64,000 nt of DNA from Phoronis australis (lineage: Eukaryota; Animalia; Phoronida). Below the pieces are notes generated by a model. That model worked only from the letters and a program-made list of their open reading frames with translations, was not told the DNA's origin and did no database searches. Of the stretch, positions 38,801 through 50,800 are shown one piece after another; position 1 is the stretch's first letter, and the number at the start of each line of letters is the position of its first letter. The position numbers and the translations under genes were made by a program. The stretch covers positions 62,001 to 126,000 of the forward strand of contig NMRA01000152.1 of the NCBI GenBank assembly GCA_002633005.1. The letters are read 5' to 3'.

Positions 38801-41800
38801 ATGGTGCCAGCATAATCTAATAGATACAAGCAAACCTCCGGGAATAGCTTTCATACTATACACAGGTTCTCAGTCACTCCCTTGCATACATTCAATACTG
38901 AGACTGAGCCCACATTAGCAATATACACCTACGAGCAACGTTTGATAGTCTGCTAGTGTTAGCCTAGAGTTGAACCCAAGGTATCCCCAACGAGAGTCCT
39001 AAGCTCAAACTACTAAGCTATAATGCCCCCTCTCGGTACTTAGTGGTCACACTTTTAAATTCACTTAGACATAGTACCTCAGAAAATCTGTTGGTTATTT
39101 TCCCCTTGTTGATATCCCATATGAAAGTGCCATGGCGTGAGGTTGAAGCAGCAATACAGTTGAGGTCAGACGGTGCCCAGGATAGACAATAAATAACCCC
39201 TTCGTTACCTGGGGACGTGTGCAGCTGTAATAGAATAACCGATTAGTTTGAAATCAAACAACTATGAAAAAGCGCATTATAGTTTGAACATTCCATGAAA
39301 TTCAAAAGCGCTCATTGATTATATTCTGCACAAAAGATACATTTAAAAATTATCTATGTTGAACTCAGGTGACCAAAAAGATTATTACAGTATTCAACAC
39401 GAAATTAATTTGTATTGACAAGGTTAAAAGTAATCCACACAAAACAACCATTTTTGACAAAGCAAGCTCAGAAACACCATGTCTGTCAATTCAATCAGAC
39501 TCATAGTACATTTTTCTTACTTCATTCTTATAAGACATATCGTCTTAGTTTCATTGCAGTTTGTAGCTTTCAATCCCAATCCCCTTATAGCCGAGACGGA
39601 AAAACATGTTGAGGAAATTGCCTGAGCAGCCTTTACTGGCCATAGAGCCAAGACAATTTAAAACAATTACAATGGGCAAGATTTAACGTCAGGACCATTC
39701 CAAAGAATCTATAAGTCCCTTAAGGCTTCAATACTTACGGCAGACATTGTGTTGATGTCCCAAATTTTGATAGTGCCGTCAAAACTTGCTGTGGCTAGAT
39801 GGTCGGGATTGTTCGGTTGAAACTTACAGTCAAATATAGTCTCCACATGACCCTGGAATAAAGAACAAGAGCACGTATTGTGAGCTCTAAAAGAACGTGA
39901 ATCGATGTAAATAACTGAATGTAAGAGGCCATCTCCATTATTTGGAAAATTCAAGACTGGTGTGTTTTGCAAAGAAATCTGAACTCAGGATGTAACTGAC
40001 GCTAAAATGAAGTCTCTAATGAATGTAACAGTTGAAGAAAAAGTTCGAACAGTAGCGAGTTTCCAGGAAAATTAAAGACAGCTTTACAACATTTGGAAGC
40101 AACCTGCTGTTGAGACGTTTCAAACAAGATATTAACCAAGTTGGCTTGCAAGTCAAAAAACTTCACAATGGCTCTGTAAATAACTCTACGTATTATAAGA
40201 TGAAACAATTATAAGTTGTGGTATTTGAATTGGCTGTGGTTCAATCGGTGCTTCACATTCAACATACCAGATCGCGCAGAAAGTCCCACCGTCTCTTTCC
40301 GAGGTCATACAGACCCACCCCACCATCACGAAATGTGCAGACTGCGTGGGCAGGAGGTAATGCAAACCTGGGAACATAACGGAACCTTATAAACTTTAAA
40401 ACAAACAGATTTTCAGAAAAAAAAATTACAGGTGTTGTATAAACATAAAGACCTTTCATACTATGGAAAATTATGTTTGCTTCACAAAGTCTGACAGAGA
40501 CTAAAACTGCACAAGTTCTCAAAAAGAGTTCCTTAGTTTTTGTCGACATTTTCAGTCTTATAAGGTCGACAAAACGGGATTGTGATATGACTTCAGTCAT
40601 ATTCGATCTTTGTGGCAAACATGGAGATCAGGTAGAACTGTTTCAACCGTTTCATTCCAAGTCATTCCCAAAAAATCTATTAAGCATACTAACTACTGTT
40701 AAGTCACTCCGACAAGTAAATGCTTTTAGTCCACACCTTCCTATGCTCAGCTTAGAATTAGCCCAGTTTGGTGGTAAAGAGCATTTTGTGAGAGAGGTTA
40801 CCTTGCTAATTGACAACATGATTTAACTGCAAACTATTCCTGAATTTGAAAGCAGCTTCAATCTTTATTCACAGCCACTCTAATTTTATTATTCAAGTGC
40901 CAAAGAGTTTGTTAATCATTTTCAGCAGCTACCTTGCACTGTTTGTCGAAGGTTCCAGATTGGGTAGACTTTGACCTTTGACCTTGCCAGAGGTCAAAGA
41001 TGTGTTGAACACATGAAGGGCATGAAAGCCCATTTTCTTGAGCTTGATGCTTTCAATAGGAGTTGACTTGGACACGTTCCACAGCCTCATGACACCCGAG
41101 TTGGCGTCTAGAAATTAAATAAAAATGACATGAATTTCAAATGTCAGACAATATAAAATTGTTCTCCTTCACATAATTCAGAAAAAGAAAACTACGTGAC
41201 CACCTCAGCTGACAAAGAACTAACCATAACATTCCCTAATGTGAACATGTCCAGAGGCAGCTTGTCTGAGACTGCAGGCATTTCTCTTAACTAAGACTTT
41301 AACAAAAACGTGACAACTGGCTCTTAATTCACACATGGTGGCCACAGTTGATGTCTTCATTCTTGACTGATTTTCTCAGATGTGAATTTCTCACTCCAAT
41401 ACATAACATCAAAGAACCCTTAGAATCCTTGACAAGCATTTTTCAATTAGACAATTACCAAGTTCTGAAATAATGCAAATGACAAGAATTTCAGATGCCC
41501 GAACAATCAGATCTCAAGTCAGATGACTCCACGTAGGACACTAGCCAAATACATGCTTGCGTTTATCAGAGCACATTTTTACGGGGTCCGTGTAATTATT
41601 AGCTAGAACCAATGCTAGCACAGTGGTCCTACATAATAGACAGTCCTCATGCTTAGACTTCAGATTATAATCCTTTATTAACGAGATGTTATATTAAATC
41701 CTAATAATCTACAACTGCCAGAGCCAACGTAAACAACCGTCATGGCTCTCACACTCATGGCTAACACTCGCTGTTTGTACTTCATTAATCGAAGTGTAAA

Positions 41801-44800
41801 GTTTAACAATCAATAGCTGTGCGAAAAGTGAAAACTTAACTAGCATGCACGAAGCACCTCAGTAAGCTTTGAAAATCAAGAATGTGGATGAAAGCACAGA
41901 TAAATCAATTTACTGCAGCATCTCAAGAAACCACACCGAGCCAATATGCTTGGCATCACTCTAAACCAGACAATTAAATCGTGTATTCATCCAATTCAAG
42001 AAACTCTACTGAAAACAATACCGTGGTTATTCGGATGTGTAAAAGCATTTTAGGATAATATTCAACCAAGGTGAACATTCTGTATTCTTCTGAACATATG
42101 ATACACTTTGCCTTCTAGTTCATCATGATGGCTTGCAAGGTGGGGACTAAAAAAATGCAGGTGGCCTGATGCCTTTTGCGGTACATCAGGCGTGTTTAGG
42201 CCGAAAGGCCAGGGAGACTAGCAGAACATAGACATAAACCAAGTGCTTGCGTTTAAATGGGAAGATATTAACAAGCAGAACATAGACATGAACCAAGTGC
42301 TTGCGTTTAAATGGGAAGATATTAACTAGTAGAACATAAATGATTCTAGTGCCTGCGTTCAAATGGAGAGATATTAATTAGTGGAACATAAACATGATCC
42401 TAATGCCCCAAATAATCTAAGAACCTGTGCTATGTTCAAATGGGAAGATATTAACTAATAGAACATAATATGATCCAGACGGCTGCTTACAAATGGGAAG
42501 ATATGAACAAGGCAAGACCAAGGCAAGGTGATTTTTTTTCAGAGAACAACAAGCACGCCAACGCTGCTTGTCACAAGTTAACAGTAACTAACAAACTGCA
42601 GCAACTAGCAACAAGTGAGGGGAGAGTTGTCGCAGAACTAACGGTAAAGGGCTGCGCCTCCATAGGGTCAAAAACTGGACTTATATCAATAATAATCATG
42701 ATTGTCAAAGGGCAACCATATCAACACCTAGATTACTCAAATAACCATATACTCATTTCTACCATAAACATAACTCAGTTAAAAAACAGAACCGATATCA
42801 AAATGCTGCCAATTTCAGTACCAAATTTATCATGAAAGCTCTTCCATACGTCAATGCTAAAATCGCAAAAAATGATATATATTGAGGGGGGACCATAGGT
42901 ACCACTCCCTAAAGTGGAAAACTCCAAACAAACACAATCCAATTGCTAATATTAATCCTAATGCACTTTAAACATTTACATTTTCCACAAACAATGCCTA
43001 CTAAATTGCAAACACACAAACAGTAGGGATCACCTAATGTGTTATCACAACTTCAAGGGTGCTGATTATGTCACGTGACCTCCATGAAAGCAATGATTGG
43101 CTCACCTCCTGTTAGGAACATGCCAGGAGCTGAGTGAATCCAGGAAACTGACTGCGTACGAGCCGCGGCGCTGGGCAGATTGAACGTCATTATCGTGGCC
43201 AGGGTCTCGGTATCAACCAATCGGACGCCGTAGTGATGGTTGGCTATCAGTAAGTATTCGGAAGAAAGCGGATCCCACTCCAGGCCCGTGACAGGATCGT
43301 CATCGTCATCATCTTCATCAGGAGCAAGGACATGTTTCTGGTTTTTCTTTTTATCTATTACAAATATCAAAGACAATTACACAACTATGGATAACGATAA
43401 TCCTAAGCCTCACTTCTCATCCCATCTCAATTGCCTACTAGTACTAGACTTAAGAGCATCGTCCCAAAATACAATGTCGCCACTGAAGTTCTGAGTTGAA
43501 TCCAACAGACACTTGCCTAGCAACATCACTTGTTGCTTACTGTTGCTATGCTGACAGTGATTTTCCTTAAAACCACTGACCATGTTCTGGTTTTAAAGTA
43601 TTACAAGGGTTTTACATAGATAAGCCCACCCAATGAAATGCCCATGGGCGTTTATTCAGAAAAATTGTGCTAAATAAATTTGGTGTTACAACTTCTGGTG
43701 TCAAGTGTCCAGATTGTGGGGAAAGTTCAGTTTTGAGGAGCACTTATCATTTGTAAAAACGAACAAAGTGTTGGCGAATTATGTATTTATTAACTTAAAA
43801 TTAAAGAACACTAACTATTATTTGATGCACAAAAATCGCTGGTATTTTCATATCAGCTGAGGCTATGACTTTCCGTTTACACGACTCCCTTTCCGAATAA
43901 TCGCCCGGGCATTTATTTGGTGATACTGAAATGCGTAAAATTTTTCATTTTCCGAATACATGCCATGGGCTTATCTACGGATAGCCTCGGTAACTTTGTT
44001 CATAGGTGTACCGGATTTGATCTTCCAAAGTGATGTCATTGTGTTGTTATCCTTTGTTCAAAATTGAAATTAACTACTGTAGCCTGAAATTCGCTCATAC
44101 TGCTTTGGGAATCGAAGCTACTCTACTGTGACAAGTAACTTAATGGACTTGGGTCTAGAATCTAATATTTGTACACGAAATGAACTCGAAATTATTTTTG
44201 GCAATTTCTCTGCTACTTTTGTGCGAACTCGAAAATAAGTGGTTATTAGACTATCCTCGAATACATAATAGTTTACGCATATGAGTTTCTAGTCCAAGTT
44301 TGCACTTAATGACCCTTATATTCGTGATACAAACTCGAGTAAAAACATGAAATTTCCAGTTCAAACTCTAATTTAGCCTTAATGTTGGGTTTATCAACTG
44401 CAAACTAGGACTAAAAAATTATCCATAAAAGTCATTATGTGTTCGAGCATAGAATAATAGACACTTATCTTGAGTTCGCAAAAGTAGAGTACAAAATGCC
44501 AAACATAATTTTGAGTTTTATTTCGAGTAAAAAGATTAGAACCTGGGCCCTGGTCCACACAGTTCTACTCAGGACTAGAAATCATTTCTAATTTGAATAA
44601 GGAACAAGAGGAGATCAAAGCTGACAAGGCATCAATTCATTTCCCCTTCGATATTAGTCATATTCATTTCTCTGACGACAACCATTACAGCATGTTTTCC
44701 TCAATCGCACAGTGAGTTAACATGCTGTGACTTTCACAAGCTCAACAAGAAACAGTGGATGTACAGTGTATCGTTCTCAGCTCAAACCATGTGACATTTC

Positions 44801-47800
44801 AAAAAAAATCTAAGAACCTGGGTTTGACTAAATCAGAAAATAAATACACGAGGTCAGTCAATGTTACAAGAAGAATAACCAACACTAAATACAAACCTAA
44901 AAAGAAAAGGGATATTGTTCCATCCGTATGGCCAAAGACTAGCTTCCCCTTCTTTGTGTGATGCCAACGAAACTGGCAAACGGTCCGAGAGAAATTCTGC
45001 GCCTCTTTGTGGACGTTCACCTCCGTCGTTTTAATGTTCCACATGAAAAGTGGTCCTCGTTCACACACAAATGCTATAGTGTCCCTGTCAAGGTCACACC
45101 AACCTATACAGCTTGGCACTGCTTTGATGTTGTCAAGTTTGAACACCGCTCGCTGCTCCACGACATTCCAGACGATGATGATGAGATCGGCACCACAGCT
45201 GGCCAACAGGTCAACATTGTTCGTGTGCCAAGAGATGGCAGTGATGGTCTTCTTGTGCTCGGACATAATAGAATGCAGTTTAAACTCGTTGTATGTTCTG
45301 TCCAGCTGAAACACACGGGACAACAGTTTACTGAATATGGAGATTGATTCATCTATTATGGAGAATGGTTGACTGGATCTGGAACTACCAATGAAACAAG
45401 GAAACAGACAAAAATATCTTTTACAATACAGGTTAAATACCGTTCCTCAGTCATGACATTTAATTTTGACCGGTACTAACTGACAGGGTGGCAAAATTGT
45501 AATTATTATCGAATGGCTTAGCCACCATACTAACGACTTTCCTGTTAATTACCCTTCATTCTCAGTCATGAGGGGTGACGACTGGTGGCGAACACAGCTT
45601 AGACCCAGCCGTGATGATGGAGAATTCTGGGTCATTGTGTCTGAAAACTTTTGGCTTATACAGTACTATCAGTTGTTACACGTGTGTGTAGTTTAGTTAC
45701 AAATACAAACTGAATATTAAGCAGTATTTCTGAAAGAGCACTGAAATTGCGCATAAAGTTTCAGTTAATTTTCAACTGATACAGACAACTGCAGTTCTAA
45801 AATTTTAATGTCTCATTCCTTCAAGCTTTTATTATTTCCATAAGAATAAAGTTACCGGTTAAACTAAAACATTAAAATACTACAACTAAACATCTGTGTA
45901 GATAAGGTGATTGCAAAGTTGAGTATGGGTGTTTAAAACACAAATTGAATGATAATCACAAAGGAACAGAACTACAACCCACCCTCTATATATAATTAGG
46001 TGGGCCTACAATTCAACATGGCTATTTAAAGAGTGACGGACATTAAACCAAACAAAAACGATACTTCTTTCCGACTCATTTTCCTGACATCTTTTTGTCA
46101 GCAGGAATGTGTTTTAGCTCCATTAGGGATGGGGTATGAACAGAGATGACGCGTGTAACATCAGACTGCAATCACATGTGAACAAACATTTTTGAAAATA
46201 GTTGTTCAGCTGTGGTTTAATCAAATTACTGCACAAAAGCATTTATTATATGGGCAATTCCATTTGTGACGGACGTACTATCAGAGAACATTGTGATCAA
46301 TTGTGAAAAAAATGTTCACCCTAGGAAAATAATTATTACATCAATTGATAGGTCTCACTGATAGCTTTCAAAGCATGTATCAACTTTTCCCCTATCTTTA
46401 AATCTGACTGAGAAAATTGTCTTTAAAGGGGTGCGACGGACGTACGCAGAGAATTTGAATTTTTTTTTTAATTTTTAATGTTAATTTTCTGTAAGTTGCA
46501 TTAAGATACAATTTTATATTTTACATGATGATTTAGTGGAATGTTTGCAAAGTACAACACACTAATTTTTTGATGATATCTGCTAAGAAATTTTTGTCAG
46601 ACAGCTCCATATAAGTTGAGTTAGTGTGAGGGACGCACATGATGGACGTATGCTCTGAATTTCTAGTATTAAATTGTTTGTTGTGACTAAGTATCAATTC
46701 AGAATGATTCAAACTTTTACAGCATTTAACCCTTATCCTGCTGTGCCTCTATTCAGACTACTTTCCCTGTGTGCTGAGCTAAGTAGGTCACCTCTACTAC
46801 TGTACACTAAGCTGTTGTGGAGGTCACCCAGACTAATGACCTAACAATTTTAAATTGGAAATTTGAAAGGGAAATATTAAACTAACAGAAAAGAAGTCAA
46901 TACAAAACTTGTGCAGAATTTAATGGAGATTTTCACCATGTGTAAGTCTTTATCATAGCCTTGGTGAAAGTAAACTGATCCACTGTCATCCTCTCCTGTA
47001 TGGCTCCAGCCATCTAATGAAACTATGTGTCTACACTTACATAAACCTGCCAATATCTCCCAAACTAGTAATCACAGCCATATGGTTTAAATTGGAGAAC
47101 AGTAGAGGAAGTTGTGAAGTATGGAATGCTCATGGTCACATATCTAAACAACATTCCAGGGCTCTTACAATTTCTGAATGAAAATCACAAGTATCCTGGG
47201 GTGAGTGCACTCTCCTAGCGCAGCCCAGCTGTAACTTATTATAGTCGATTGAGTACACCCAACGCATTTTAATAGGATAATTGGCATGTCGGCTGACCTC
47301 GCCTAGCGCAGGATAAGGGTTAAGCTATATTCGTCTTTTGCTACTAATTTAACCTTTTTCCATTAAAATGTACCGACAGACCTTTTACACAAAATCATCA
47401 CAGGTAGGGCTATACTAAAGAATATACTCCAGGATTTCAACTTTTCAGTACATTTGATTAAAGATATAAAACAATCACCTAAAATCTTCACTTCCTTTTG
47501 AAGATGGTAAGCATTGTCGATGGGAATTAGAGTGATAATCATTTTGTATTTGACAGCTGTTAGTTATCAGGAAAATCTGTTTTTAAGCATTAAATAGAAC
47601 ACTAATTCAAAACTAATAAGTAAATATGACGGTCAAAATATAAAATGTGAAATTAAGTTTGAAACATTACTAATAACTGTCATAAAAACGCATTTTAATT
47701 AATTGTTTTTCAAATTAGAATTTGGCCTTGGAGCTTGTAGAAAATTATTCTCCGGTCCATGCTGTCGATGGCTCTGATGCATGCCCATATAAGTAATTAC

Positions 47801-50800
47801 TGGGATGTTTTTAAAGTATTAGTAACAGGACTTCAGTATCTTCTTAAAACAAAGTGTGAAGCATATGGTTTAGTAGACATCATTAACTTTTGGCATTCAT
47901 ATTTTGATTCAAATCACCCGTGCTGTCTTCCAGTGTGAAAACCCGACATTTTAAATTAATTGGATTTAGGATTATGATTTAGGAATGTAGAGCTAACTTA
48001 TCAGATGCTGATTTCTATTTAAATATTAAAATGGTTCGATTTCATCCAGCTCTTGTAACTCATGCCTTCTTATCAAATTTAAAGAGAGGCTTTAAATAAT
48101 GCCACATCACAGTACGCACAAGTACACTAAGAATTTCTTGATCCACGATGGCATTTTTTCTGAGTTTCTGAGAATATTCCAAAAGATGTTTATTCTTCTC
48201 CCAGTTGCGACTGTTCTTCCGGTGGCCTCCAACAATTGCCTCTATCCTTTCTAAATGCGGTTTAATCTACTCGAAGCTCAGCAGAAAAAAATTAGTTGAC
48301 TAATTCTTAAAAAGATTGAAGGCTCAAAAATATGTAAGATGAGACAATGTAATCATTTGCTATGAAATAATTTCATACAAGCCACCCAATGACCCAATAC
48401 AGTGAAAAACTCAAAAAGAGTGCCTACAGCCAGTGAGGGTGTGACAAAAATGCTCAATAAAGTAGGTGACAGATTCCTACCGCTTGAAAATTCCCAGTAT
48501 CGGCTTTTTCAACACCCAACACAGCATAGCAGGTCGGAACAGAAACAACATGTTGATTCCAGTGCAATAGCAACTTGACATGTATTCCTTTAGGTCTCTT
48601 GTTATTTATACTCTAGAGCACCTTAGGATTTCTTTTGTATGAATAATTTTGTATCTTGAATTTCCCAAAAGCTAAGCATTTTTTTACTAATAGGGGTACC
48701 AAACAGAAAAACAATAAGTTTGTTAAATTAACATTTTGTTTTATTTACATTTTATAATGTGGTCCAACTGTTTGATTTTAATAAGTTGAATTCTACAAAG
48801 GATAACTAGATGACATTGTAAACTATAACTTTTCTGCAAATACTTTTGAAATTGAAAAAAATCAATGCATTTAGTTAAAATCTGTAACAACTTCTCACTT
48901 AATTTTAAATCTGCTTTTGTAATATTTTATCGTTTTAAGGTTATTAGGTGTGAGATACATTTTATCATGCAAGTTTAGAAAGTAAAAATATGACATAAGG
49001 TTATTTTATTGGCTGAAAAATTGCAATTTCATGGGTGCGATGGACGTACGTGACGGACGTACAAATTTGCTGTACGTCTGTCACACAATTTCTCATTAAA
49101 CAAATAATCCCTGGGATCCAAAATTTTAGTCAATAGTATTGAGTAACAAATTAAAAGAAAATCTGAACTTATTTTAATTTTGATTAAAAACTTTTAAGAA
49201 AAATAAACTTTTTAACACTTTTTGCGATGGACATACGGCACCATGATATCCACGAGTTGACCTTTGACCCCAAGAGGTGAGTGATGTGCCAAAGTTGAAA
49301 TGTTATTTTTTATAATGTTTGGGATTCATGTGATTGCACAAATTTGACAGTATAGTGAAATACCCATAATTAGCTTTTTATGACCATAATTAGCAACACA
49401 CATGAAAATCGAGCTAATTTTTTAGGGTCAAGTGACCCCCAATATGGTTCCATTTAGGCAAAAAATTTAAAGTTATAGGACAGTCAAATATGGGTCCTGA
49501 AACTAGAGAGATTGGGCTTTCAGATAAGACCACAAATGTTAGTGTAGCCACAATTTTAATTTTTTGTCTCGAGGTTGACCTTTTCATGAAATTGTCCATA
49601 CGTACACAAAGTCATACCTACACAAAGTTCTACAGCCAACAATCAAAAAAATTGCTTCATGTTAGGGTCGTGTATTGACAGGAAGGAAACTACCCATTAA
49701 GTATTGATCAGGACAGAGTTTAATGACAGCTGGGCAATTAATAGTTTCTGTGCAAGCGAACTTCACTTGAATGAATTAAAAATCAAATCACAAGATCATA
49801 ACGCGTCAAGGAGGACAAAATTGATTTTAAAAGTATTTCTTCACATGGCCTTTGTGAGTGCATGCTAAAATACCATCAAGTGAGAAATGAAAAATTCAGA
49901 GCAAAAAGCATCGATACAACTGTTAACTACGAGAATCCTTTAATCAGCTTAGGAAATAAAACGTACAATGTTATCTCCCTTAGATTACAAATGATGTTTA
50001 CTAATCCGCCTTCAGGGATTCTCCATATTATCAACATTTTCAAAAGCACACAAAATGCACCCTAGGAGATAATGGATGCTGAATACTTTTAACACTCATC
50101 TATTGGGGAAACAAAAATAGACAAGAGAATGGCGCTTGAAAATGCTGATGATCATAAAAGACCTTTTTTTCGGCAACAAGTTTTAGCAATAGCAAACTGT
50201 ACATTTCTCCAGATTTGCCTCTGCCAAATGGAGTGAGTTGACAGCCAAGCTGTTTTTTAACAGCACCCGCAAAGACTGAAAGTGACATATTTGAGAACAC
50301 ACCCAACATGTATTTACTTTCTATTCTATATTCTTCTAAAGACAAATACAAAGGTCAGCATTCAGAAAGCTAAGAAATTTTGAGTAAATAGTTCAAAAAA
50401 ATCTGTAGGCACAAGGTACTTGTGAGTGCAACAGCGACAGTTCAATGTAGACTTTATTGTCTATTACCATCGCATCCTTATTAACCCTTTGGGCTAATTC
50501 CACTGTCTTGTCCTCTACACTACGCAGAAAAAATACAGCGGAATTCCCCCCCCNNNNNNNNCCCCCCCCCCCCCCCCCCGAATAGTGGAAAGAAAATGTC
50601 ATTGACTTGGTTAATCGATACAACTATATTTAATTGCTGAATTGTTGCTTGCCGTTTTGTCATTGTGGGATGTATTTTGTCAAATCTATAAAAGCAACAG
50701 ATTACTATCCATAGTACAACTTCTGAGCAAATGAAGAGTACACGTATCAAATACTGTGCACTCTTTTAATATTTTTAACCCTGTTGCCAAAATTTGTATA

